Below are positions 10,201-19,286 of a stretch of DNA of 64,000 nucleotides, in pieces. How positions within the stretch are numbered: position 1 is the stretch's first letter; each line of letters starts with the position of its first letter. Both the position numbers and the translations under genes were made by a program. The DNA is from Micavibrio sp. Its GTDB lineage: Bacteria > Pseudomonadota > Alphaproteobacteria > UBA9219. The DNA lies in assembly GCA_020718105.1 (NCBI GenBank), contig DYDA01000009.1, positions 2,783-66,782 on the forward strand, in the 5' to 3' direction. The notes beneath the pieces were generated by a model. That model searched no databases. It was given only the letters and a program-made list of their open reading frames with translations, and was not told the DNA's origin.

Positions 10201-11538
10201 TTTTCAGAATCGTTGATCGAGTCTTTGGCTGGCTTTGTTCACGATGAGCCTCAAACGACAACGGAAATAGCTTTGTGGTTAGAGACGGCGCGGCTTTGGA
10301 GCCAGCCGTTAGTCGGTTTGGGATTGTTGAGTGAGGCTTCTTTGGGCGGGTTGGTGTCCAAGCGTGAAGACGCGTTGTTGCGCAGGCAAAATGGGGATGG
10401 CGGTTTTGCCGCTACGCGTTGGGGAGAGCCCAGCGATTTGGCCAGTACGGCTGCCGCGCTTAAAGCGCTTCCTGAACGCAGCGAAAGAAACAAGAACCTT
10501 GCGGCTGGATGGTTGGAAGGCAAGGTTAAAAACACATGGTTTGATGAAGGGGATCGCGCGGCTCACGCGCTGGCGTTTGAATCTTTGGCGCAGGCGCGGC
10601 GCGTGGACATCTCGGCGCTTCGCTACTTTGCGGAAACAAGCCAAGACAAGGCGCTCAACGCTGTGAGCGCGGCGGCGTTGGCGCTGGCGCTCAGGCTTGG
10701 TGGCGATGAAGCTGAGGCGCAGCGTTGGACGGATCGCGCTCAAAAAGCTTTTGGCGAATCTTTGCAAAAGAAGGAAGCCATCTTGACCCCGGCGTTTCGT
10801 TTACTTGCGTTGGATGAAAAAAATAATTTTGATGTGTTAAAGGAAAAACTATCCCTTATGCCTGTTTTAAACGCGCAGGCTTCTTTTGAAGAACGCGCCT
10901 CCTTCCTGACGGGGGTGGCTCTTTCGGCGCTGCGCCTAGGTTCATGGCGAGCCTTGATAAAGGGACAGGATGAAAAGCATTATGGCTTCTCTGTCCTTCC
11001 GGTTTTGCCAGATGGAAAAAAGGATAGTGAAGTCAAAAACATTTCGGCGCGCCCTTTGTACGGACTTGTTCTATTACCTCAGGAAAAAAAGAACAAAATA
11101 AAAAGGGAATCCATGGGATCGATTAAGCGAAGTGTTTATCGGATGGATGGCGAAAAGATAGAAGAAGGACTGCCTTTGCGTGTGGGCGAGGTTTATGGGC
11201 TCTTGCTGCAAGGAAGCGGTAAAAAGGAATTGGAAGTGCCTATCAGGTTGACGCTACCTATGGGCTCCTCGTTTGAGGTGTTTGCACCGTTATCGGGGGA
11301 TCCCGCCCTTATCAAGGGGCTTGCCCCGTGGTTAGAGGGCGAGGCTGCGGCGCTTTCTTCGGTGATGAAAAGCTCAACAGGGGTCAGCTTTGTGCTGAAT
11401 CCATCTCATCATTGGCAAACGATGATCATGATTAAGCCCTTGCGCAGCGGATTTTATAATCTGCCATGGATTGTCACGCGAAGTGAGCAGGGTACGTTCT
11501 CTTACGTGCAAAATACTTTAGGTTTTCGTGTGGAGTGA
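7291..11538 (+). CDS. Bacterial alpha-2-macroglobulin-like protein, divergent
   Basis: Signal peptide, LCVQGLQH, QWFLVSDL, LFLDRERY, RQNGDGGF motifs; no CxEQ thioester. Confidence 0.75.
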   Translation: MKKLVLKRVTAVSLFFLLSSSFVQAEPLITKKGTPPVSFKVTGHSLHVEAPQAEVCLSFSQPFDEKDRAKIVAGLSVKKNGKIQKSAVEDLSLTPRDLCVQGLQHRATYQLVLRGLASKAGEPMASAYTVSFAVPDRKASLSFVEDGALFALPRHVKKGQTAVEEKGQANKVDGMAHVLRSVNILATHLTLYRFDDRAVFAGAWQQFKQAHLSPSESQTFAREKGKVVFESDLVFGDRPNEEQTLIAPLPLDEALRAGLYYLAATPRGKGGIAPSLFAGQWFLVSDLRVATMMENEGVKAVVSSSSAQDSIKDVTVALWARDGKLVAEAKTKEDGLAFLPVKNKDAGFLLSAQSEEGALDIVEIMPSRALRDEDKEKSAALFLDRERYVFSKTALAFLRPLTPNAQGAGKEETVLKLLDPDHRLDREQMIAPFGQESVHAASVSLPSHGKAGLWLLSWQKKDGQVLAQKAFPLSLSDQATRVSIIASRMGAEASLPISVSVQANDEKGNPLPYREGFLSVSPARPSLEGWEAYRFGAMTSAQNDKIIRKIPFITNGEGMSLLSLDTASLDPAFDALSFKVVLDEGAESASVVLPLWRTSPFIGLRALPDERPLFQNGLAQFGVIAVDPSKKRVAQNDLYYIVYEEGRNFEWFPSEGNWDYKMLPQHRRVGGGALALTASGETRVSWPVATGRYFLEITNARGDVLARRGFEASSRSEQVADASLAQKTGGETKAVLPAAQTLGVKALALPVMMVGAPFVMKAQISAMTKEKPTMAMAILASDQPDEMIVTKPAVVDGEGKVTFHATPKVAGAMTLTVIVWNDKQWGKVAVAAEVVTPLQISGDLPSVLWQGDRAPFSFVVANHADEKGLYTYEIKTPPNVTLTGASKGKIDFRKIKKQTLRLTLLAQGKTDGLVHFKLTSPHGKTQEQTWPLRVIQEGAPLLSVEPFSVEPDKLFLSDQKARALMLSPLPFSESLIESLAGFVHDEPQTTTEIALWLETARLWSQPLVGLGLLSEASLGGLVSKREDALLRRQNGDGGFAATRWGEPSDLASTAAALKALPERSERNKNLAAGWLEGKVKNTWFDEGDRAAHALAFESLAQARRVDISALRYFAETSQDKALNAVSAAALALALRLGGDEAEAQRWTDRAQKAFGESLQKKEAILTPAFRLLALDEKNNFDVLKEKLSLMPVLNAQASFEERASFLTGVALSALRLGSWRALIKGQDEKHYGFSVLPVLPDGKKDSEVKNISARPLYGLVLLPQEKKNKIKRESMGSIKRSVYRMDGEKIEEGLPLRVGEVYGLLLQGSGKKELEVPIRLTLPMGSSFEVFAPLSGDPALIKGLAPWLEGEAAALSSVMKSSTGVSFVLNPSHHWQTMIMIKPLRSGFYNLPWIVTRSEQGTFSYVQNTLGFRVE

Positions 11539-11553
11539 TACCAACGAGCCCTA

Positions 11554-12627
11554 TCACCAGAACAAAATTGTCAGGTTAATGCCGCCGAAGCGATCAAGGT
11601 GGCCAACCTGTCCGTCAAATTCTTTTGTGCGCTCAACAAGCGCGACGTCGAGTCTGGCCGCATCAGACCAGAAGAGAGAAGCCCCTAGTGTAAAGTCCGC
11701 AACGAATGGTTTTTTGTTGACGCTTGGACTTGATTCAAAGGTATTGCCATCAAGAAAGATATTGCGTCCTACGGCGCGGCCTTGCGCTCCGGCGAAGAGA
11801 TACCAGCCGAGCCGTCCATTCAGTTGCTGTGCGTCAAACCAATCTGTTCCTGATGGTCCTGGACGAATACGGCTGGGTCCGTAATCGACGCCAAGGTTTT
11901 GCCCCAAACGGATAAGGACGCTTCCTTCACCATAGGTCATGATATTGCCTGCGCTTGCGCCCAGTTCTGGAATAATATCGACAGCGAGATTGCTATAAAG
12001 AGGCTGTTGAAACCGCTATTTACGTTCATACGTCAATATCACGCCCGGCTCGTTATGCAGTTGATTTTCCCATCCCATTGATGGCGTAACATTAACAAAT
12101 TGGTGGAAATCATTTTGCGTTAAACCGCCCAACGCCCATCGCCCCACCACGCCCGCCTGCACTTCAAAATTTTCAAGGGTGTTATGGCTGGATCGCACGT
12201 TTTCTTGAAGCAAGCTCGCCCCTGTATAAAACCAAGCACCATAGGGACGGTCTTTGGTTGAAGGATTGATGCGCGACGTATTTTGTGGTGTATAAAGATT
12301 TTGCCCGAACATAAGGCTGTATTTTCGTTTATAAGATTCACTGGTAAAAATCGGAAGAACATTACCTAGCCCAATAAAAGATTGATCCCAAAAACCATTC
12401 GGTGTCACGGCCCCCGATAAATAGGAAAGTCGTCCTCCTTGTGTATAGTGGCGGTCATCATCTGAAACATACCAGTCATTTTCGTTGATAAGCTTGATGC
12501 GTCCATAGTTGTTATCCTCAACCCGCGCGTTTGTTTCTTGATCTTCTGCTCCCAAAACATTGTTGGGGAAAGAAAGAAAACAAAAAGCAAGGGCAAGCGA
12601 GCCAAAGGATTTATAAATAAACGACAT
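11554..12627 (-). pseudogene. lpxR: Lipid A 3-O-deacylase LpxR family outer-membrane barrel interrupted by in-frame TAG at 12016-12018
   Basis: NEND, DRHYTQG, GQNLYTP, DRPYGAW, QNDFH, GWENQL and NIFLDGNTF motifs; both halves share one frame (YERK*RFQQP). Confidence 0.85.
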
Positions 12628-12936
12628 GCAGTCTTCCTTATCCTTTAAACGGGTGATTAAAAAGATGGTCGGTGTTTTCCTCATCCATCAGGAAAACACC
12701 GTGGGCTGTATGTGACAGCTATGAGATAAAAATACGATGTGCGGTCGTGGGTTTCGAATAAGAAACACGTAAGGACTGAACAGCATAAATATAGTTTAAA
12801 TGCGTCAATCTCTTTAAAAAAGGGGTTGAACCCAAGTTGTTTGCTATGTGTTGTCTTGTGTGATATTGTAAGCGCTATTAATTTAGTACTGAAAAAGTCC
12901 TCTTTTCCTTCCCAGCATCTTCTTGAAAGGATCAGA

Positions 12937-13677
12937 ATGAAAAAAAACAAACAAAAGGTTTTGATCGTTACTGCTGATTCTCAACTTCAAAAGATGATGT
13001 TTATTCTTTTGAATTCAGAAGACTATAAAATTATTGAATGTTTAGCGGGCAAGCAGGCTTCGCGCCTATGCCTCTCCACAAAGCCTGATTTAATTCTTCT
13101 TTCCCTCACGCTGTCGGATATGGAAGGGAAAGACGTTATTATCTCCATTCGCGAATGGTCACAGGTTCCCATTATTGTTCTAACCGAACGCACCGATGAT
13201 GATGATGTTATTATGGCCTTGGATTGTGGCGCAAACGATTATGTTATCCGTCCCTTTAACGCCGATGTTCTTATGGCCAAAATTAATGTTGCCTTGCGAA
13301 GCAAGGTGGTTAATGAAGCGGGGGAGCCAGAAATCACAAACGGTCCCTTACGCATTGATCTCGTCAAGCATCAAGTTTTTCTTAACGATGAAAGACTTGG
13401 TTTTACGCCCAAGGAATATAATCTGCTCCGCTATTTTATCGTCAATCGCGGAAGGATGCTCACCCATAAAGAGATTTTGAAAGAGGTCTGGGGGCCTGCG
13501 CATGGTGACGACACGCAGTATTTGCGCGTCTTTATCGGGCAGATACGAGCAAAGATTGAGAAGGATTCCATCCTTCCTCCCCTTATTACGACGGAACCGG
13601 GGGTGGGGTATCGAATGGAATTGGCAGAAAATATTGGAATAGTTGGCGTTCATACAGGGATAGAGCGCCGCGCATAA
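12937..13677 (+). CDS. Orphan KdpE-like OmpR-family response regulator with degenerate receiver
   Basis: IREWSQVPIIVL, VWGPAHGDDTQYLRVFIGQIRAKIE, TEPGVGY; phospho-Asp position reads Ser. Confidence 0.85.
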   Translation: MKKNKQKVLIVTADSQLQKMMFILLNSEDYKIIECLAGKQASRLCLSTKPDLILLSLTLSDMEGKDVIISIREWSQVPIIVLTERTDDDDVIMALDCGANDYVIRPFNADVLMAKINVALRSKVVNEAGEPEITNGPLRIDLVKHQVFLNDERLGFTPKEYNLLRYFIVNRGRMLTHKEILKEVWGPAHGDDTQYLRVFIGQIRAKIEKDSILPPLITTEPGVGYRMELAENIGIVGVHTGIERRA

Positions 13678-13679
13678 AC

Positions 13680-13711
13680 AATGCGCCGCTCTTTTTCAAA
13701 AGCGGCGCATT
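13680..13711. terminator. Hairpin between convergent genes
   Basis: AATGCGCCGCT...AGCGGCGCATT inverted repeat. Confidence 0.6.
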
Positions 13712-13741
13712 GAGAAGGCTAACAATAAGCAAGCTGAAAAA

Positions 13742-14632
13742 TTATTGCTTGCGTGCCCAAGCTTTTAGATCCGTCATCCATTTATCTAAACTTGCGCTGG
13801 ATTGTTGCATAACTGTTGGATCTTTTTTTGTGATCACAGCGCGCATGTCTTTCACCTCTTTACGCATCTTCACAATGCCTGCTTGGTGGGCTTTATAGGC
13901 ATCATCCTTTTGCATTTCATCAAGCGCGTCATCGGCATGACCTAAAGCATAGCGTGCGCCATCATAGTTTTGACCTCTTAGAAAGTTTTGAGCGATGCTG
14001 ATATTGTCATGAGCCTTATCAACAGGAATAGAGACCTTATTATCAACACTTACGACAGCATCGGTCAACTCGCCCAGCTTTGTTTGCGCTTCGACAAGCT
14101 TTCCTTCCCTAACATAGGCTTCGGCTTCTGTAAGATAGGTTTCCGCTTTATCATTGCTTAAGTCTAGCGTCAGCATAACGATCTCAGCATCGCTAACGGC
14201 GAGGCTGTTTCTCGCCCATATTGGCCCATCACTGACTTCCTTGATCTTCATGGGGCCGGCTTCAAGCGGGAAATAATTATACTTATGTATGGTATCGAAA
14301 GTATAATTGACGCGGCCAGCCGTTACGTTTTGAACGCGTCGTTGATCCGTTGTCGCGCTGGTGATAAGAACAACCATATTGCGTGCCTGGCCGATGTGCT
14401 GCTGGGCTAACTCCGCGTTTTTCATCGCTAAAGCCACGCGGGCATAATTGACATGAGCCACAAAGTTTTGCGCCGCGACGCGAGGATCAGAAATGGATTC
14501 GTTGCTGATGGGGGCATCGGATGTGGTCATGGTTTTGCCGATAATTGTGTTGGCAGCATTCACAGCAGGCGGTTGCGCGAGCATGAAGCCAGTGCCCAGC
14601 ATCGTTGTGATAAGAAGCGTTCGTGTTTTCAT
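13742..14632 (-). CDS. YfdX-family secreted protein
   Basis: Signal peptide; VNYARVAL..AQQHI..AR and NISIAQNFL..YDGARYAL..ADDAL helical pattern. Confidence 0.6.
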   Translation of the reverse strand: MKTRTLLITTMLGTGFMLAQPPAVNAANTIIGKTMTTSDAPISNESISDPRVAAQNFVAHVNYARVALAMKNAELAQQHIGQARNMVVLITSATTDQRRVQNVTAGRVNYTFDTIHKYNYFPLEAGPMKIKEVSDGPIWARNSLAVSDAEIVMLTLDLSNDKAETYLTEAEAYVREGKLVEAQTKLGELTDAVVSVDNKVSIPVDKAHDNISIAQNFLRGQNYDGARYALGHADDALDEMQKDDAYKAHQAGIVKMRKEVKDMRAVITKKDPTVMQQSSASLDKWMTDLKAWARKQ

Positions 14633-14734
14633 TTTGTATTCCTTTATTGCTGGTTGATGGGCTTGATCGGCATAAACCAAGAGGCGTCGTGTGTGCACTG
14701 GCTCACAACGTCCCTTGGTTTTGTGCATGTTAAG

Positions 14735-14971
14735 TTAGGCTGCTTTCGTTGGCGTTCTGGTGCCCGCGCAAGTTGGACAGTCCTTTTCAAACTCTTTGAT
14801 GCGTTTTTCGGCAACTTCCTTGGCAACACCATACTTCTCTTTTAGAACGCCAAAGAATTCTTCTTGTTTGCCGTTATAGAGCATGATGTCGTTATCGGTT
14901 AACTTGCCCCAAGTTTTCTTGATCTCGCCTTTAATCTGATCAAATTTTCCTTCGACTTGTTCTTTATTCAT
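14735..14971 (-). CDS. CsbD-family stress protein
   Basis: MNKEQVEGKFDQIKGEIKKTWGKLTDND...KEKYG. Confidence 0.9.
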   Translation of the reverse strand: MNKEQVEGKFDQIKGEIKKTWGKLTDNDIMLYNGKQEEFFGVLKEKYGVAKEVAEKRIKEFEKDCPTCAGTRTPTKAA

Positions 14972-14992
14972 GAGGACTCTCCTTTGTTGGGG

Positions 14993-15496
14993 TTAAGTAA
15001 CGCTGCTGATGCAGTCGTTCGGTGCGTCGCGGTTTATTTTTTCGCCATCAAGGGGCGGAGCGCGACAAATTTCTCCAAGCACTTGGCCACAGAGCTTGTA
15101 ATTTGTATGAGAGGCCAGATCGCCAAGTGTTACAATGCCAACCAGCCGTTTGTTTGAATCGAGAACCGCAAGTCTGCGCACTTTATTCTCGCCCATGTTT
15201 TTGGTGACCGCATCGGCGCTGTCTGTATCGCGGCAATAAAGAATCTCGGAACTCATAACTGTTTCGGCATTTGTTTCTGCTGGATCATGCGACTTTGCTA
15301 TGCAGCGTAAGGCGAGATCACGATCTGTGATAATCCCGACAATTCGATCCTCCTTAATAACAAGAACGCAGCCACAATCACGATTCTGCATCTTCTGCGC
15401 CACTTCGGGCAAAAGGGCGCTCGGAAGAACAATTTCAACATTTTTACTCATAATGTCTTTAATTGTTTTTGTGGTTTCCTCGGCTTTGGGTTCCAT
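14993..15496 (-). CDS. CBS-pair domain protein
   Basis: IKDIMS, GIITDRDL, VRRLAV...GIVTLGDL. Confidence 0.9.
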   Translation of the reverse strand: MEPKAEETTKTIKDIMSKNVEIVLPSALLPEVAQKMQNRDCGCVLVIKEDRIVGIITDRDLALRCIAKSHDPAETNAETVMSSEILYCRDTDSADAVTKNMGENKVRRLAVLDSNKRLVGIVTLGDLASHTNYKLCGQVLGEICRAPPLDGEKINRDAPNDCISSVT

Positions 15497-15802
15497 GACC
15501 TTTTTCTTTCGGCTTGTTTTGCAGGAGACCTGCGTGCATTTTTTTCTTGCTTTAGTTTGCCCAGCTTCGCATCAAGAAGCGATGTGAAATGTAGAACCGT
15601 CCCATAAGGATGCAGTAAGGCCTCACGCCATCAATAAGATTTGTGAAAATCCTTATGCAAAGAAAATAGGCTGCGCCATTTTCAATATCGATTCATTACA
15701 AGGTAAAGCTTAGTCTTTTGATTGTGGGAGCTATACAGCCCCTGAGAAATGGGCAAGATCGTGACGTTCAAAAAACAGCTCCATCATAAAGGGAGAATAA
15801 AA

Positions 15803-15958
15803 ATGAACACTTATCTAACAAGTCCGTCACCAAGCTATCCAACAGATTTCTTTATGATCGACGATGAGTTTGATTCCTTCGATATAAAAAATGGTGTTGA
15901 AGGTATTCTACGCGAAGTGATTATGCTTCGTTGCGATGCAGAGCATACAGAGACATGA
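15803..15958 (+). CDS. Small acidic hypothetical protein
   Basis: GGGAG RBS; first ORF of the rightward cluster. Confidence 0.4.
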   Translation: MNTYLTSPSPSYPTDFFMIDDEFDSFDIKNGVEGILREVIMLRCDAEHTET

Positions 15959-15981
15959 AACCAAACCTAATGGAGGCTATA

Positions 15982-16224
15982 ATGAAAAAAGCAAACTATG
16001 CAACACTTTCAATTGCCCTTTTATTTCTCCTTTCTGCCTGTGGCAGTAAGACGAGTGATCGCGCTCTAAGTGGTGCTGGTATTGGCGCCGGTGTTGGCGC
16101 CGTCAGCGGTGCTCTTATGGGAAGTCCTGCAACAGGTGCGATTGTTGGGGGCGCTGTTGGCGCAGCGGCTGGCGGTTTAACCAAGCAAAGCGACATTGAT
16201 CTTGGCGAACCTGTATGGCGTTAA
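15982..16224 (+). CDS. Glycine-zipper lipoprotein
   Basis: LSAC lipobox, GAGIGAGVGA/GAIVGGAVGAAAG, DLGEPVWR C-terminus. Confidence 0.85.
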   Translation: MKKANYATLSIALLFLLSACGSKTSDRALSGAGIGAGVGAVSGALMGSPATGAIVGGAVGAAAGGLTKQSDIDLGEPVWR

Positions 16225-16253
16225 AGGCATCGGATCAACTGGAGGAGAATGCT

Positions 16254-16439
16254 ATGCTTAGATATATGGTTATCTTTTTTATTCTTGCTGTTCTTGCCTC
16301 CTTCTTCGGCTTTGGTGGACTCGCTTCTGATTTCGCGGGTATAGCGAAGATTCTCGCCGTGTTATTCATCATCTTGTTCCTTGCAACGCTTGGATACCAA
16401 ATCATAACAGGGCGCAGGGTAAATCTGCCGCCGTTGTAA
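16254..16439 (+). CDS. DUF1328 small membrane protein
   Basis: MLRY..IFFILA..A.FFGFGGLA...AGIAKIL pattern. Confidence 0.9.
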   Translation: MLRYMVIFFILAVLASFFGFGGLASDFAGIAKILAVLFIILFLATLGYQIITGRRVNLPPL

Positions 16440-16502
16440 AACAAAACTGGCCGCTTGCCAGAATGAGGTTGAGTTCAACAGGCAAATCGAAAGGAAATAT
16501 TC

Positions 16503-17306
16503 ATGACACACACTTATACAAAAAAACTTGCATGGTTGTTGACGGTCTCAACCCTCACCCTTGTGATGGCGGCTTGTTCTTCCGGTCAAGAAAATCGAAA
16601 CTTCACCGCCTCATCTGGCACCCCCAACAGCTATATTGACGATGTGCTTGCTGACCAAGCGGATTTATCGATGTTTTATCAATCGCTGCTTGCGACGGGC
16701 GTAGCAAAAGAGCTTAACAACAACACAGAATATACCATCTTTGCGCCAACCAATGCTGCTTTTGCTCAAATCAAACCCCGCGCCTATCCTTGCTTCTATG
16801 ATGTGCAATGTCGTCCGCAAGTCGCCGCTATTTTGCGCAATCACATCGTGCCGAGAAACGAGAGCATTAATCGTTTTTCTAATTGGGGGGGCGGCATTGT
16901 AACGCTTGGCCAGCGCCGCATTGACGTTGAGGAAATCTATAAAGGGCAGTACACCGTTGAAGGGTATCGTGTGCTCTATCAAAACGAAAGCAACGATAGC
17001 ACCCACATTAAAGGAAGCAAGATTAGCCTCTATCGTATTGATGGTGTCATCGCTAGCAATCAGGAAATGATGCCATTTCGCACAGCGCCCTTTGTTGCCA
17101 TGCCTGCTGGTATGATGGAAAAGACAGTCACAACCTATCGCTCACCGATAACTTCTTCTTATGTACCACAAGCTATTATGCCGAACGCTTACTTGGTGCC
17201 GGGTGGGTACGCGACCAATCCAGTGGTTTATAAGGATGAGTATGATGACTTGTCAGAAAGCACAACAGAGACGACGACGGTCACGCATACAACGACGGTC
17301 AAATAA
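16503..17306 (+). CDS. Fasciclin-domain lipoprotein
   Basis: MAAC lipobox, YTIFAPTNAAF, ILRNHIV, YRIDGV. Confidence 0.88.
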   Translation: MTHTYTKKLAWLLTVSTLTLVMAACSSGQENRNFTASSGTPNSYIDDVLADQADLSMFYQSLLATGVAKELNNNTEYTIFAPTNAAFAQIKPRAYPCFYDVQCRPQVAAILRNHIVPRNESINRFSNWGGGIVTLGQRRIDVEEIYKGQYTVEGYRVLYQNESNDSTHIKGSKISLYRIDGVIASNQEMMPFRTAPFVAMPAGMMEKTVTTYRSPITSSYVPQAIMPNAYLVPGGYATNPVVYKDEYDDLSESTTETTTVTHTTTVK

Positions 17307-17359
17307 GAAAGCTGTGTAGAAGCGCTGCTTTTGTCAAACATGCTTTAGTGGAGAAAAAA

Positions 17360-17608
17360 ATGATTCAAAGAAGCATCAAAACCATATTGGTTTTTCTTAT
17401 CGTCATCGCAATCGCTCTTGTTGGGTATAGGGCCTTGACTATGCCAGATAAGCGAACAACAAACGAAAAAATAGGCGACGCCGTTGATGCTATCGGTGAT
17501 GGCGTCGATAAGGCTGGCCGACAATTAGAAAATCGCACGCCAGGTGAAAAAATAGGGGACGCCGTTAAGGATGTTGGCGATGACATTAAAGAAAGAAGCA
17601 ACCCATAA
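17360..17608 (+). CDS. Small membrane-anchored protein with EKIGDAV repeats
   Basis: N-terminal TM, two RTxxEKIGDAV repeats, GGAG RBS. Confidence 0.7.
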   Translation: MIQRSIKTILVFLIVIAIALVGYRALTMPDKRTTNEKIGDAVDAIGDGVDKAGRQLENRTPGEKIGDAVKDVGDDIKERSNP

Positions 17609-17630
17609 AACAAAAGAGAGGGACGGCACC

Positions 17631-17720
17631 ATGAAAGCATTGTTCATACCCTCCATCGTTATTCCATTTGCCGTATCCTTTATTGTTGTGGCTATCGGGT
17701 GGATGCGAGGAACGATGTGA
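17631..17720 (+). CDS. 29-aa single-TM small protein (absent from ORF track)
   Basis: MKALFIPSIVIPFAVSFIVVAIGWMRGTM; GAGGG RBS; in operon orientation. Confidence 0.45.
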   Translation: MKALFIPSIVIPFAVSFIVVAIGWMRGTM

Positions 17721-17779
17721 GTTTTCATGTTTTTTGATTGAGCATCACAACATATAACTTTGAAAAGGAAACCACAGCG

Positions 17780-18031
17780 ATGAATGTTCCCTTTGCTTCT
17801 GTCCGTTATCGAGCCTTTTCCATGGAGTTTACAGCTCATCTGGATGATCAATACGTTGAAATGAACATCCTGACAGACAAGGGTCACCCCATCACCGTCG
17901 TTTGCGATAAAAGCTCCATTCTATCGATCCAAAGTCATATCAAGAAAATGGTTCAGGCTTGCCCTGAGATATCAACGTGGAGCGCGTATGAAGATTTAGG
18001 TGGGTTTCAGGATAACGCTGCCGGTTCTTAA
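17780..18031 (+). CDS. Hypothetical protein
   Basis: AAGGA RBS, 83-aa ORF in cluster. Confidence 0.55.
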   Translation: MNVPFASVRYRAFSMEFTAHLDDQYVEMNILTDKGHPITVVCDKSSILSIQSHIKKMVQACPEISTWSAYEDLGGFQDNAAGS

Positions 18032-18061
18032 GCTTTAAAACCCAACACAAGGATGATCGCC

Positions 18062-18376
18062 ATGAAAAACCTACGCTCTTTCTCCTCCTTTTTAGTCATC
18101 GGTATTCTAGGGCTTTCACTTGGCGCATGCGCGATGTTTTCTGGTCGCGAAACAACGGGTCAATATGTTGATGACACAACGATTACAACGAAAGTTAAAG
18201 CGCAAATCTTTGATGACCCAGCCCTTAAGGTTCTTCAGGTGAATGTTGAAACGATGAAAGGCGTCGTGCAGCTTAGCGGCTTCGTGGATTCCAAGCAAAG
18301 CGCGGGCAAGGCCATCTCTATAGCGCGTCAAGTCAAAGGGGTTGTCTCGGTCAAGGATGATCTCGTGGTGAGATAA
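18062..18376 (+). CDS. BON-domain lipoprotein (OsmY-like)
   Basis: LGAC lipobox, GQYVDDTTITTKVK, VETMKGVVQLSGFV. Confidence 0.9.
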   Translation: MKNLRSFSSFLVIGILGLSLGACAMFSGRETTGQYVDDTTITTKVKAQIFDDPALKVLQVNVETMKGVVQLSGFVDSKQSAGKAISIARQVKGVVSVKDDLVVR

Positions 18377-18468
18377 GATACTTTGCCGTTAGCCATGTCA
18401 CCACGTTTAGACGCTTTGCAAAGAAAGGATTTATGTATATTCTGGCCTCCTGTTAGGAGGGTACCCCT

Positions 18469-19176
18469 GTGCTTGAGCCAGATAATCAATTTGATCGCCT
18501 CATCTATGATGAATGGTTTGGGTTGTTTCCTTACCATATCCGCATGCAACTTAACAGCAAGGCTGAGGTGCGCACCTACAAAGCTGGGGATCCTCTTTTT
18601 CAAAAAGGGGAGGACGGTGCATGGCTTGCCGTGGTTAACACGGGGCGTGTGCGTATTAGTCTCAACTCATTTGATGGACGGGAAATGCTGATTAGTATGG
18701 TGGAGCGTAATGAATTATGCGGGGAGCGTTCTGTTTTTGATGGCAGACCGCGTTCAGGGGATGCCTTTGCAGAGGAAGATACAACGTGCCTTATCTTTAA
18801 ACGCGAAGACTTGTTGCCAGCCATGTATTCTTGCCCTGAAACGATGATGTACGTTATCAGGATTCTCAGCAATCGCGTCGTGCGTTATTTGAACACGATG
18901 GAGTTATACGCGATGCAGAGTATGCCCACGCGTTTAGCCAATTTTCTCGTCTTTCTTGGGCAAAAATATGGTCGTGAAGAAAAGGGCAGGTTGTCCTTGT
19001 CTATTAATCTTAGCCAAACAGATTTAAGCCAACAAATCGCCAGCTCTCGCGAGAGCATCAATCGCCAAATGAAGATATTTGCCGAGCAAGGATTGATTGC
19101 TTTAGAAGGTGGAGAAATTGTAATCACCGATATAGAGAGACTTAAAAAGATGTGCTGCGTGGTGGTTAGTGACTGA
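18469..19176 (+). CDS. Crp/Fnr-family transcriptional regulator
   Basis: cNMP domain (LFQKGE, GERSVFDGRPRS) and HTH (LSQTDLSQQIASSRESINR). Confidence 0.92.
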   Translation: MLEPDNQFDRLIYDEWFGLFPYHIRMQLNSKAEVRTYKAGDPLFQKGEDGAWLAVVNTGRVRISLNSFDGREMLISMVERNELCGERSVFDGRPRSGDAFAEEDTTCLIFKREDLLPAMYSCPETMMYVIRILSNRVVRYLNTMELYAMQSMPTRLANFLVFLGQKYGREEKGRLSLSINLSQTDLSQQIASSRESINRQMKIFAEQGLIALEGGEIVITDIERLKKMCCVVVSD

Positions 19177-19190
19177 CGGGCTGCCTCCTA

Positions 19191-19237
19191 AGTGATATAA
19201 ATCACAGGTTCTTCCTTAACCTGTGATCCATGTCATA
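19191..19237. promoter_or_regulatory. Two tandem CRP-type boxes upstream of nadD
   Basis: AGTGA-tataaa-TCACA (19191-19206) and TGTGA-tccatg-TCATA (19222-19237), each 9/10 to TGTGA-N6-TCACA. Confidence 0.6.
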
Positions 19238-19286
19238 GAAATCAGCAAAAAAGTGCTGCGTTTCAATTTTAAGGGAGCCTTCCTTA

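Noticed and set aside
12016-12018. Programmed amber read-through or recoding in lpxR
   Set aside because: Other genes end normally at TAG (e.g. CobW, cysS), and no pyl genes are in the window; a point mutation is simpler
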